Assembly: GCA_964632045.1 (NCBI GenBank)
Contig: CAZWBB010000004.1
Location: 18,615 to 82,614, forward strand
Source: an uncultured Methanosarcinales archaeon
GTDB taxonomy: Archaea > Nanobdellota > Nanobdellia > Woesearchaeales > GW2011-AR9
Direction: 5' to 3'
DNA: 64,000 nt
The notes beneath the pieces are model-generated. The model made no database searches, was not told the origin of the DNA, and saw only the letters and a list, made by a program, of their open reading frames with translations. This document shows, piece after piece, positions 55,291-64,000 of the stretch; the first letter of the stretch is position 1, and each line of letters begins with the position of its first letter. The position numbers were made by a program, and so were the translations under genes.

Positions 55291-57612
55291 AATACACCAG
55301 AAATAGTAGATTTTCTCAAGGGAATCTCATTCCAGTATCCTGAAAAGCTAGAAGAACAACTAACGGAACTCAGAGAATTATTCAACAAAGAAAGCAAGGT
55401 CTCAAGAAGGTATGAATTAGTCAGCCAAGAATTGCGAGTCCAATTTGGCGGTGGTAGTAAAGGTTTTTCAACCTTCATTGAAGAGATTACAGAGAAATCC
55501 GGATATTACCTAGATTCTGAAAATGAGAGATACATGCCACTGACAGAAGGATTAAGCATCTTTGACCTCCTGAAAATAGCTGAACGATATCAACCCCCTT
55601 CAACACAATTCAAACCAAAATCCCTCTCTTCAGGGAAAAAACCCGCGAGAAAATCCAGGAGAAGTCTGCATGCCAGATTTGAGACTATCCCATTGAGCAT
55701 AGTCTATAACTCCTTTTTCAAGCAGACAAGACCGAAAGCTGTCTGCACCAAGAACAGGGAAGCGCATTCCCTAGCCGGGTACCAGGATGCGGCTGATCCA
55801 TTCACGCATAATCTGTCATTATCTCTGGAAGAAGCGCGGAAGGAAGGTAAAACATCACATCAACTTTTGGAAGCGATCGTTATCGAGACTGAAAAAGTCG
55901 AGGGTGGGAATGATAAGAACGGGAATGATGATGGTTGCCTGTTGGTAGAAGGTGTCTTTGGAGTTGTCGATGAAGAGATGAGGGAGTCCGTGTTTGATTA
56001 TATCTACTCCTGCCTGATTAAGTATGTCTACGAAGAGAAGAAAAACCTTCTCTTCAATCTCAGTTTCAATCCCGGTAGCCAGCATCTCCCTTTGCATTTC
56101 ATCAACTGGTTGGGCTGGAAGAAGCTGAATAAAGTGTTTTATGAGTTCTCTGAGGAAGGGAAGAGAGTGAAAAGGAAGGTGGAGAGTATTGAAGAGCATT
56201 CTTGTGAGTTGCAGGCAGTTAGGTTGTCGGATAGTGAAAGAGCTGGATTGGAAGAGCGGGTGGGGGATTGTTTTGACGCTCCACAGGAAGTATTAGATAG
56301 ATTCGACCGGGAGAAGAGATATTCTGATACTTGGTGGTGGATTTCCGGGAAGAGTGAATGGAATATGAGAGAAGGGAGTGTACATTGTCTGGAAATAAAT
56401 CGTGAGATGATAAAGGAGGAATATGAAAGACTTTTCGTCTCCAATAGTTTTTCCATAAAGAGATTATTGACAACTGGTCTGTTCGGTCTGCTGTTTGTAG
56501 GAGGATTGATTGGACTATTACATCAGAGCGGACTTTTAAAGATTAAAGGGATAGATGTTGAGAGTTCGGATGCCGGTAAGTTTCCGGAGTATCAATCGCT
56601 TGAAAAAAGGGTAAGATGGAGCAGTGGCGGGTGCAGTCTGATCGGAATTGAGGAAAGAGATCCATTGTGTAAAGTAGTCGGCAGCTGGGATTTTGAAGAC
56701 AAGACAGAATTTGAGAGGAATAATGCTGTTCAGCAGTACTTTCCTATTTTCTGTTCGGCTCAGGACAGAAATGATTTAGATACGATCTGGGGCCTGAACT
56801 TCATCGCAAAGAATGCCGATAAAGGTAATAAGGAAAAGTTCATGAGGAGAATATTGAGCGGAGATTGTGGAAATCAGGCATTAGTCAATCTATTGACCTA
56901 CCCATGCGATGTCGACAACTTTGATTATCTGGAGCCTTTGTCTTTTTGTCCTTCGGATCTGGTCCGTTTTGAGATGCCGCCAGATTACATCATAAATGGT
57001 TATGCCAATACTGATTTTTTTATGGGAAGAGTTCTTCTCCTGGCTAGAATGGGTCCAGAAAATAGTATGGTTTTTATGGAGGCTGAGAAGATGTACTCAA
57101 AAGTCTTTTTGGGGGAAGCAGGCCCAGGAGAACTTGAGTTCATCGGCAAATATCATGATCTGGACCGCTTGAAAAGGTTCTATCTGTGGGATCATGAAAA
57201 TCGAAAAGAGGGGGACTGCGATTCTGACGAACAAAACGGTTGGAAACATCTGATGAGACTTAATATTGTGAAATTACTGCGTCAGACTGACAAAGGGAGA
57301 GCTTTCTTGGAACAAAAGTTCTGGAAAAGCAAAAAACCTGAGGAAATTGTCAGTATAGGAAGATATCTTCTACCGTTGCAGGAATTATCAGGTCGAGAAA
57401 AGTTTTTGAGGAGATACACTTTGACCCTGGCTGGGCTGGGAGTGGCAGATAGTAACATCTACGGAGATGAATCGCCAGGCCAGTTTAGGTTAGAAGATTG
57501 CATTGAAAAGAAGAGGGAAGTAACAACTGGATGTCTTTATCTGGATTGTATGGTGATGGCTATCCCTTCAGGAGGGGGTATAACCAAATGCGATCTGGGA
57601 GTGCATCACTGA
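55273..57612 (+). CDS. Novel family protein, paralog 3
   Basis: KAVCTKNREAHSLAGYQDAADPFTH; LLVEGVFGVV; YIYSCL; FNLSFNPGSQ; RYSDTWWWISGKSEWN; transmembrane segment LFGLLFVGGLIGLL; variable C-terminal half. Confidence 0.55.
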   Translation: MGVSGHNTPEIVDFLKGISFQYPEKLEEQLTELRELFNKESKVSRRYELVSQELRVQFGGGSKGFSTFIEEITEKSGYYLDSENERYMPLTEGLSIFDLLKIAERYQPPSTQFKPKSLSSGKKPARKSRRSLHARFETIPLSIVYNSFFKQTRPKAVCTKNREAHSLAGYQDAADPFTHNLSLSLEEARKEGKTSHQLLEAIVIETEKVEGGNDKNGNDDGCLLVEGVFGVVDEEMRESVFDYIYSCLIKYVYEEKKNLLFNLSFNPGSQHLPLHFINWLGWKKLNKVFYEFSEEGKRVKRKVESIEEHSCELQAVRLSDSERAGLEERVGDCFDAPQEVLDRFDREKRYSDTWWWISGKSEWNMREGSVHCLEINREMIKEEYERLFVSNSFSIKRLLTTGLFGLLFVGGLIGLLHQSGLLKIKGIDVESSDAGKFPEYQSLEKRVRWSSGGCSLIGIEERDPLCKVVGSWDFEDKTEFERNNAVQQYFPIFCSAQDRNDLDTIWGLNFIAKNADKGNKEKFMRRILSGDCGNQALVNLLTYPCDVDNFDYLEPLSFCPSDLVRFEMPPDYIINGYANTDFFMGRVLLLARMGPENSMVFMEAEKMYSKVFLGEAGPGELEFIGKYHDLDRLKRFYLWDHENRKEGDCDSDEQNGWKHLMRLNIVKLLRQTDKGRAFLEQKFWKSKKPEEIVSIGRYLLPLQELSGREKFLRRYTLTLAGLGVADSNIYGDESPGQFRLEDCIEKKREVTTGCLYLDCMVMAIPSGGGITKCDLGVHH

Positions 57613-57618
57613 GATGGA

Positions 57619-58965
57619 ATGGAGGAACAAATGAATAAATTAAACTTGGAAAATATTGCTGTGATGACCGCGACTCTTGCAGCGGTAGGGATAAATTCTA
57701 TCAGTTTATCCGGTTGTAAACAGGGCTGCTCGGAGGAGGCTGTGGGTCCGGTAGATACTATGACTCATATGGATGCTGGAAAGAAGTTTGAACCTGGCAA
57801 AGATGATGCTGGCAAGCCATCTGCAGTAGTTAAAGGTTCTGATGGTCAAAGAATTATTCCCATTAAAATTTTGGATGACCAGGAGGGGAGATGCGGCGAA
57901 TTTGAGATGCGGATGCTGCTTGGACCAGAGAGCTGGAGGGCAGACCGTAATGATTTGGATAAAATTGTGAAAGTTTTTGACCATCTACATAACAACCGGA
58001 ATAAGGATTGGCGCGATAGGGTGGAACTGACCGACGATGAGGTTGCTGGTTGTGATTATGAATGTCTGGAAGCCTGTGACAGTTCTACCATGGCATGGTT
58101 GAATGATACTGTGGGACAAAGATGTTTCCGGACAGGTATTGTGGAGAAGTTCAGGTTCAAAAGAAAAGCAGTCAGGCAAGTAGAAGTGAGTTATCATGAA
58201 GGTATTAACAGCTGGGGAGAAGTTGATGTTTTGGCGGGTGAAGGTAGGGAGGAGAGGAATCATGTTTTCCGGTTCAGGACGGAGAAAGAGATCGATGAAT
58301 TTGTTAGGGATTTAGGTCCTTATGAAAAGGAGACAGAATGGAAAAACAAAGAAAAGGAACGGGTTGTCCGGTATGTGAGGGATGGGGCAGTAGAACCCAT
58401 CACCCATCCAAAAGAAGAGGGCAGTTCAAACGAATATGGGAGAATTCTCTTTTCTGTTGGAGAGATGAAAAAAGGATTAACATTGTTGGACAGGAGAGTT
58501 GGAGGAGATTGTCGACCGGATGAAGTTTTGGCATTCTTTAAAGGCCGTGATGAAGTGGAGAGGCGTCACCAAGAATGTGATGTTTGTTCTTTAAAAGAAA
58601 CAGTTGGATCTTATAATCTGATGAACGATGCGGAGAAAAGTCTTTGTGATTCAGTCATCCTCAGTAAGAAAGAGCTTTTTTGTCTCTTGAGGGAATGCAC
58701 CTACGGATGTTTAGGAGTAAAGCCAAATAATTTTGGTAGCATAACCTGCACCGGCTTTATTCCAAAAGAGCAGTACAGGATACGGTTGAGCAATATTCAG
58801 AAAGTTAGCCAAGGAAATTTCTATGTAGATCGGGGATATGGTTCGGTGACGATAGCCTGGATTGATCAAGAGTCAAAGAAGAGTAAGAAAAGCCTATTTG
58901 TTTTCAGAAAAGAGAACCAGATGAAGCGATTTACTGATGATCTGGGACAATATGTCCGGAGGTGA
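57619..58965 (+). CDS. Hypothetical lipoprotein (448 aa)
   Basis: Signal plus lipobox ISLSGCKQG. Confidence 0.45.
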   Translation: MEEQMNKLNLENIAVMTATLAAVGINSISLSGCKQGCSEEAVGPVDTMTHMDAGKKFEPGKDDAGKPSAVVKGSDGQRIIPIKILDDQEGRCGEFEMRMLLGPESWRADRNDLDKIVKVFDHLHNNRNKDWRDRVELTDDEVAGCDYECLEACDSSTMAWLNDTVGQRCFRTGIVEKFRFKRKAVRQVEVSYHEGINSWGEVDVLAGEGREERNHVFRFRTEKEIDEFVRDLGPYEKETEWKNKEKERVVRYVRDGAVEPITHPKEEGSSNEYGRILFSVGEMKKGLTLLDRRVGGDCRPDEVLAFFKGRDEVERRHQECDVCSLKETVGSYNLMNDAEKSLCDSVILSKKELFCLLRECTYGCLGVKPNNFGSITCTGFIPKEQYRIRLSNIQKVSQGNFYVDRGYGSVTIAWIDQESKKSKKSLFVFRKENQMKRFTDDLGQYVRR

Positions 58966-58990
58966 TGCCTTTCTCCAAAGAATTCCTCGT

Positions 58991-59045
58991 ACCCCCATTC
59001 ACCCAAACCCCTCCATTCTCCCCACAGAATCCCCATTCCCCCCTA
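58991..59045 (+). repeat. C-rich tract with three CCCCATTC-like units in an otherwise AT-rich spacer
   Basis: acccccattcacccaaacccctccattctccccacagaatccccattcccccc. Confidence 0.4.
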
Positions 59046-59134
59046 CAAATCTATACTTTTCGTAAAATTCTTCATCAATTATTTCTTATATTACTTTCAC
59101 TATAGCAAATTCATCAAATTATGGAGGAAATACC

Positions 59135-59653
59135 ATGAAAAGAACACCTTATACGATCTCTGCCCTCATTCTTGGAATTGGGGCGGGGATAGGATTAGCA
59201 TATGCAGAAGTTGTTAAAGATGGAGAATGTTCGCATGCCGCCCAAGCTAGGATCGAAGCAAGAGGGGCCGCCTCCCAACTGGAAGGACAATTGGCAAAAT
59301 CAGAAGAGTGCAGCTCTTTCAACATTGATCTGGCTCACGGAACAGCTACATGCTACAAAGAAATATGTCTAGAGAAGAAGATGGAGACGGACTGGTCCTG
59401 CGCGGAACGTCATGGGCCGAAGAAGTGGTGTAAGGTTGAGGTATGCAAGAAAGATGGGTTAGATGCAATACATCAATACAGGGTGAGAGAGGTAAATGAT
59501 GTAACCATCGACGGTTCAAGGATGGATGTGCGGTTTGATGAAGGGCAGGTATCTTATTCATTCCCATCAGGGGAACAGGCTGAAGCTGCCCGGGTCAATT
59601 TCATAAAACTGTGGGGCAATATAGGATATTTTGAAGGAGGTAACTCAAAATGA
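59135..59653 (+). CDS. Small secreted protein (172 aa)
   Basis: Strong GGAGG ribosome-binding site; signal peptide; EECSSFNIDLAHGTATC motif. Confidence 0.45.
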   Translation: MKRTPYTISALILGIGAGIGLAYAEVVKDGECSHAAQARIEARGAASQLEGQLAKSEECSSFNIDLAHGTATCYKEICLEKKMETDWSCAERHGPKKWCKVEVCKKDGLDAIHQYRVREVNDVTIDGSRMDVRFDEGQVSYSFPSGEQAEAARVNFIKLWGNIGYFEGGNSK

Positions 59654-60021
59654 AAGGACTGACAGCAATTCTATCAACGCTGCTTGTTGCAGGAAGCAGC
59701 GGCTATGCTCTGGCGAACGGAAATGCTGCAAGTGCAGCCCGTGCGACAAGGTTGTCGCTTGTTGAAGCAGAAGAATGCAGTTCCGTTGATGTAGATATGG
59801 TACTAGGTCTGCTTAACTGCAATGGTGAGGTAAAAGATCATAGTTTCTTCAGTTTCGAAGATGTAGCCAGGTTGGGGACATATCAGACAAAATTACATGT
59901 GTATCTTAGAAACAGGAAGAGGTTCACCTATAATTTCTCTACGGAAGAGAAGATGCAATCAGCCGTGGAAGCTATGAGAGAGCTGATAAGCGGTTACAGG
60001 GCCAGTTTGCAGGTTAGGTGA
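59650..60021 (+). CDS. Small secreted protein (123 aa), tandem paralog of the preceding gene
   Basis: Signal peptide; EECSSVDVDMVLGLLNC; ATGA overlap. Confidence 0.45.
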   Translation: MKGLTAILSTLLVAGSSGYALANGNAASAARATRLSLVEAEECSSVDVDMVLGLLNCNGEVKDHSFFSFEDVARLGTYQTKLHVYLRNRKRFTYNFSTEEKMQSAVEAMRELISGYRASLQVR

Positions 60022-60638
60022 GTGAAAAAGTGGAAGATGCTTACCTGCATCTGGCGGAATGCTTCTCAACTATGAACGATTATCTGCGTAATCCTAAACT
60101 CTACAGGCCGTCTGATGGATTGCTGGAGAAACTTGGTTACAGTAAGGTAAAAGAGGATTTCTGGCAGAGAGATGAGCAGGTATATGCGTTGGCCGGAGAA
60201 AGAAGGATGCCCGCTCTGGGAGAAGGAATTACCGAAGGAGATCTGGAGAAGATCGCTGCCCGTTCGGATGATCCATTCCGGCTGCAGTTTGGCCTATATT
60301 TTGCAGGAGGATGTTCCATGGTCTACACACTCCCCTGGATCTTCTTTGGAGCCCTTCAAAGTTGTGAGTATGGTTGCAGTGATGGCTGGGAAAAAGGAGG
60401 AGAAATCGCCAGTTTCACAGGCATGGTCGTTGGAGGGCTTGTTGCGGTAGGCTTTTCACTGATGGGATTGAAGAAACTTAAGCAGTATCTGGATGCGGAT
60501 GTTCTGAAACGGCAAGGATTTCCCGTACATTTTTCTGAATATAGGTTTGGAGAGGAAGCGGTGAAAGAGATTGTTGAAGAAGGGCAAAGTATAGGATTTG
60601 AGGATGCTGCGATGAATATATTTCCTAGAAAGCAGTGA
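60018..60638 (+). CDS. Hypothetical membrane protein (GTG start; 206 aa)
   Basis: Two hydrophobic segments. GTGA overlap with the upstream gene. Confidence 0.4.
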   Translation: MSEKVEDAYLHLAECFSTMNDYLRNPKLYRPSDGLLEKLGYSKVKEDFWQRDEQVYALAGERRMPALGEGITEGDLEKIAARSDDPFRLQFGLYFAGGCSMVYTLPWIFFGALQSCEYGCSDGWEKGGEIASFTGMVVGGLVAVGFSLMGLKKLKQYLDADVLKRQGFPVHFSEYRFGEEAVKEIVEEGQSIGFEDAAMNIFPRKQ

Positions 60639-60702
60639 GATGAGAAATATCAAGGTTGACAAAGTAGAAAATTATTTAAGCAAGTTATCAAATGGTTGAC
60701 AC

Positions 60703-61458
60703 ATGGTTAGAAAGGATGTTTTCTTTGTATTGTTAGTTCTGTTTGTACTCTTAGGATGCACTGAGGAATTAGACAAAGAACTTGAAGTAGAAGATATTGT
60801 TACAGGAGAGTCTCAAACAGCAGCACGAGAGAGGGCTCCTGCACAACTTGATGAAACACCTGAAGGGGCCGTGACAGTGTCGGAAGTAGTTACTCCCTGC
60901 ACTGCTGGCTGGAAGTGCATGAGTTCAAGGAAGAAGATTTATCAGCTGGCCAACTGCAGCTTCGGGGAAAGGATTGACTGCCCACTGGGTTGTGAGAACG
61001 ATGCTTGTGTTGTGAGGACAGAAACCTGTGATTCAGGATTCATGTGCAAAGATGATTTTACCATTGCTTTCCAAACTGAAAGCTGCTCCTGGATCAGGGA
61101 GACGGAATGTGAGTGGGGATGTGAGGACGGGGAGTGTCGCTTGGAGGCAGAAAGTGTTGCAGAGCAAGTGGATGAACCAAGTTCTGCCGTTGATGAAGAG
61201 GAGCAAGAGGAACGTATACAATTATCTACTCTAAGAATGGGCGAAAGTACAACTGTTGAAGTTGACGGTGTGGAGCACAGCATCAGTCTTTATCTCATCC
61301 AAGCGGGAGAGGTAAAGATGAAGATTGATGATGAAAGAAGCGAGTGGATGAATGAAGGGGACAGTTTTTCTTATGATGGTGTAACAATCGTAGTTGAGGA
61401 GATCCTTTTCCAATCATTTGATGGTGGAATTAGACAGGTTGGTTATCGGGTAGGATAA
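60703..61458 (+). CDS. Cys-rich lipoprotein (251 aa)
   Basis: Lipobox VLLGCTEE; acidic C-terminal region. Confidence 0.45.
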   Translation: MVRKDVFFVLLVLFVLLGCTEELDKELEVEDIVTGESQTAARERAPAQLDETPEGAVTVSEVVTPCTAGWKCMSSRKKIYQLANCSFGERIDCPLGCENDACVVRTETCDSGFMCKDDFTIAFQTESCSWIRETECEWGCEDGECRLEAESVAEQVDEPSSAVDEEEQEERIQLSTLRMGESTTVEVDGVEHSISLYLIQAGEVKMKIDDERSEWMNEGDSFSYDGVTIVVEEILFQSFDGGIRQVGYRVG

Positions 61459-61464
61459 GATTTT

Positions 61465-61479
61465 TCTCTCTCTCTCTCT
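61465..61479. repeat. (TC)7 dinucleotide microsatellite
   Basis: tctctctctctctc read directly. Confidence 0.5.
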
Positions 61480-61563
61480 TTTTATAAACCAAAACCACAA
61501 GTAATATAAACATTGAGAAAATCCTCTTCTAAAATAATAGTAATAAAAACTGAGGTGTTAAAC

Positions 61564-63630
61564 ATGAAAAAGGTTTTATTCTTGAGTGTTCTATTAGCAG
61601 CATTATTGTTAGTAGTTGGTTGTGCAGAAGAAGCTGTAGAAGAAACAGCTGTGGAAATGGACGCGAGTGATGGCGAAGAGTTCTCAGATGGGTTAGATGA
61701 AGAGGAACCTACTGAAGAAGTTCCTAAAGATGCGGCCATTACTGGGCAAGGTTACAGGGCCACAGGATTTAAGGTTGCGCATTATGATTTTGACGGAGCA
61801 GGAGACGTTATAATTGATAAAGGTGAATTTGACGGAGCAAATTATCTAACAGCAGGAAATGCACAGACCGTTACGACAATGCTAGCTGCGGGTGAGGGTG
61901 TATTCGACCGTAATAAAGGAACTTATCTTGTAAAAGAAGATTTTCAGAATTTTCCAAGAACAACTGGAACCTGGGCTTTCTGGTTAAAATTGGATGAGGA
62001 TGCTGGGAGCGCGGGAGTCATTTCGTATTCAGTTGGTCGAAAAGATAGGACTTGGGGTAGGTCTTCTAATGAGTTTTTGTTGTATTACGGCCAACCAAGT
62101 ACACGACATCCTAATGGTTTGTTTAGCGTCACGGTTGATAGGAACGGAGGCAAAAGAAGTAAGTCTGGAGCGGGTTTCCCCTTACCAGAGGATATCCGAG
62201 GCGGTTGGCATCACATAGCAGTAGTCTGGGCTAAAAACAATGGTGAAGCTTGGTTTTACGTAGATGGGGAGAGAATTGGCTATTCCGGAAAAAGTAAAGT
62301 TGCTAAGCGTCGTAATATTGGGAGAGATGGGACTCTTGTCATTGGTAATGATCAGGACTGTAGGTTCCCTCGGCAATGTAAAGCATATAAGAACAAGGCA
62401 AGTTTCAAAGGAGGATTTGATGCTAAACAGGCTTTGAAAGGTCGTATTGACGATTTGCGGATCTATGATTATAAAGTTGATGGGACCGGTAGCCAAGCTA
62501 GGAAGATTAAAGAACTTATGGACTTGTACCCAAAAGGTGATTGCGGTAATGGTGTTGCAGATGAAGGAGAGACTTGTACTATCTGTATGGAAGATGTATG
62601 TGAGGCAGGTCAAACATGTGTGAATGATGAATGTTTTTCTTGTGAAGCAGCTGTTTGTACAGAAGGGCAGTGCGGTGCAATAGATGATGGTTGTGGTGGA
62701 ACGGTTGAATGTGGAGAATGTAGTGGTGGCCTTAACTGTGTAGAAAGTGTATGTGGCTGTGAACCTCGTGAATGTCCCCTTGGATGGTGCGGCGAAGTGG
62801 ATGACAGATGTGGCGGGACGATCGATTGCGGAGGATGTGGTGAAGGAGGGATTTGCATAAGTCAGATCTGCAATGATTTGTTTGTAGGATCTGCTAGCAT
62901 TGATGAGACTTTTAGTGAAATAATCTCGTTTGGTGATTCGGTTTATCGAGTCGGATTCGTGCAACGGGATTTTCCTGATTCTACGGGTCTTGGAGACTTA
63001 ATGGGTGATGCTGTACCCAGGATGCGTGTACATAACACCGTCACACCCTCACCTGTTTTATTAGGAACCGGCCAAGTCCGAATTGGCGAATGGTTGACTC
63101 TTGATGATGGTAACCGGCTGATTGTAGATGAACTTTCTACCTATGAAATCTATGGTAATAGTATTTGGAGAGTTAATGTACATATGGCGGAGCCTGTTGG
63201 GAATGGTCAAGTCTGCGACGATACACACTTCTGCAGGGAAGAATCAATGGTATGTTATGCTGAGACTGCAGAAAGGAGTACCTGTAGTCACAGAGAGGAA
63301 GGCTGGCAGTGTGAAGAAGACGCAGAATGTTTTGACGGAAGATGTATTGGAGGAAGGTGCGGGTCAGTGAATTGTATTGGTGATAACGTTGGTGATGCCT
63401 GTGAGGTTAGAGTGTGTACTGGTTCACCTGTACAATGTCGAACAGAAATAGTGGGATCGCATAATGTAACACTAGCTGACCCTTGTATCATCTCGGATCA
63501 ATGCGAATCACTGGACGAGGTCTGCCATGAAGCAATGTGTAAGGTTGTACGTAGAGTAGGAGAAAACTGTGGGATACGTCATCAAGTCTGTGAGGATGGG
63601 ACAGAATGTGTAGATGGAATATGCACATAA
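61564..63630 (+). CDS. Lipoprotein with a LamG (concanavalin-A-like lectin) domain followed by Cys-rich CGxxDDxCGGTxxCGxC repeats
   Basis: GAGGTG ribosome-binding site; lipobox LVVGCAEE. GRIDDLRIYDYKV is typical of LamG_3. CGAIDDGCGGTVECGEC, CGEVDDRCGGTIDCGGC. The ORF is open from 61513. Confidence 0.55.
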   Translation: MKKVLFLSVLLAALLLVVGCAEEAVEETAVEMDASDGEEFSDGLDEEEPTEEVPKDAAITGQGYRATGFKVAHYDFDGAGDVIIDKGEFDGANYLTAGNAQTVTTMLAAGEGVFDRNKGTYLVKEDFQNFPRTTGTWAFWLKLDEDAGSAGVISYSVGRKDRTWGRSSNEFLLYYGQPSTRHPNGLFSVTVDRNGGKRSKSGAGFPLPEDIRGGWHHIAVVWAKNNGEAWFYVDGERIGYSGKSKVAKRRNIGRDGTLVIGNDQDCRFPRQCKAYKNKASFKGGFDAKQALKGRIDDLRIYDYKVDGTGSQARKIKELMDLYPKGDCGNGVADEGETCTICMEDVCEAGQTCVNDECFSCEAAVCTEGQCGAIDDGCGGTVECGECSGGLNCVESVCGCEPRECPLGWCGEVDDRCGGTIDCGGCGEGGICISQICNDLFVGSASIDETFSEIISFGDSVYRVGFVQRDFPDSTGLGDLMGDAVPRMRVHNTVTPSPVLLGTGQVRIGEWLTLDDGNRLIVDELSTYEIYGNSIWRVNVHMAEPVGNGQVCDDTHFCREESMVCYAETAERSTCSHREEGWQCEEDAECFDGRCIGGRCGSVNCIGDNVGDACEVRVCTGSPVQCRTEIVGSHNVTLADPCIISDQCESLDEVCHEAMCKVVRRVGENCGIRHQVCEDGTECVDGICT

Positions 63631-63707
63631 ATATTTCTCTTTTTTTTCTTTTTTCCCAAACAATTAAATAATCCTACTTTTTCTCCATATCCAAAAAAGA
63701 GGTAAAC

Positions 63708-64000
63708 ATGAAAGCGACAAAAATATTCCGTATCTTTGGTATAGATGTAAAACTACACATCTCCTGGTGGTTTGTCTTTATCCTGATAGCCTGGAGTCTC
63801 TCAGAATCGTTCTTCCCACACCACTTTGAGGGATATAACACAATTACGTACTGGTTTATGGGGATAGTCGCATCCTTGCTGTTGTTCGTATCAGTCCTTT
63901 TGCATGAACTGGCCCATTCTCTTGTAGCTAAAGCAAAGAAGATTAAGGTGGAATCGATCACTCTCTTCTTTTTTGGTGGAGTTGCAGGCATAACTAAAGA
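63708..64000 (+). CDS. Site-2 protease family (M50) zinc metalloprotease, 5' part (runs off the window end)
   Basis: LHELAHSLVA (HExxH inside a transmembrane helix) and a later FGGVAG. AAGAGGT ribosome-binding site 6 nt upstream. Confidence 0.6.
   Translation, partial: MKATKIFRIFGIDVKLHISWWFVFILIAWSLSESFFPHHFEGYNTITYWFMGIVASLLLFVSVLLHELAHSLVAKAKKIKVESITLFFFGGVAGITK

Noticed and set aside
61465-61479. (TC)7 microsatellite as a functional element or phase-variation switch
   Set aside because: It lies in an intergenic spacer, not in a coding frame or between promoter elements that I can define. Recorded as a simple repeat only.
63674-63991. 105-aa minus-strand ORF at the window end
   Set aside because: The + strand at 63708 onward encodes a clear M50 site-2-protease N-terminus (HELAH within a transmembrane helix, FGGVAG) with an SD site. 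The minus ORF is its antisense shadow.

Overview
Most of this 64-kb, roughly 43% GC window is unannotatable hypothetical protein. Gene content (RtcB, a PHP phosphoesterase, three tandem double Lrp/AsnC regulators, a eukaryote-like Dbr1-type metallophosphoesterase and a Ser/Thr kinase), TATA-like boxes about 27 bp upstream of start codons (leaderless transcripts) and frequent GGAGG-type ribosome-binding sites fit an archaeon, possibly Asgard-like; this assignment is tentative. The first 36 kb mixes housekeeping and regulatory genes: a giant protein of more than 1958 aa with an embedded PPP-type phosphatase domain and an ORF open at the window start, a nucleoside hydrolase, a Dbr1-like metallophosphoesterase, a PHP protein, RtcB, an HTH-nucleotidyltransferase, an eukaryotic-type Ser/Thr kinase, a CBS protein and a radical SAM enzyme. 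Interspersed is an expanded uncharacterised protein family with four paralogs (17.4, 22.2, 24.4 and 55.3 kb); three of them sit next to paralogous double-Lrp/AsnC regulators. Between the 257-aa gene and rtcB lie two tandem copies of a roughly 62-nt three-way-junction RNA; compensatory base changes between the copies support all three helices, and I could not assign it to any known RNA class. From 36.8 to 52 kb, and again from 57.6 to 63.6 kb, almost every gene is on the + strand and encodes a lipobox or signal-peptide protein. These carry DNDCDG-type MopE-like Cys/Asp repeats fused to a matrixin (MMP-like) zinc protease plus FGE-sulfatase-like domain, to three paralogous vWA domains, to PD40/SBBP-type beta-propellers, to a LamG domain and to Cys-rich modules. 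I read this as a cell-surface adhesion or matrix-remodelling locus. No CRISPR array, rRNA, canonical tRNA or obvious transposon was seen. A site-2 protease (M50) gene begins at 63708 and runs off the window end.
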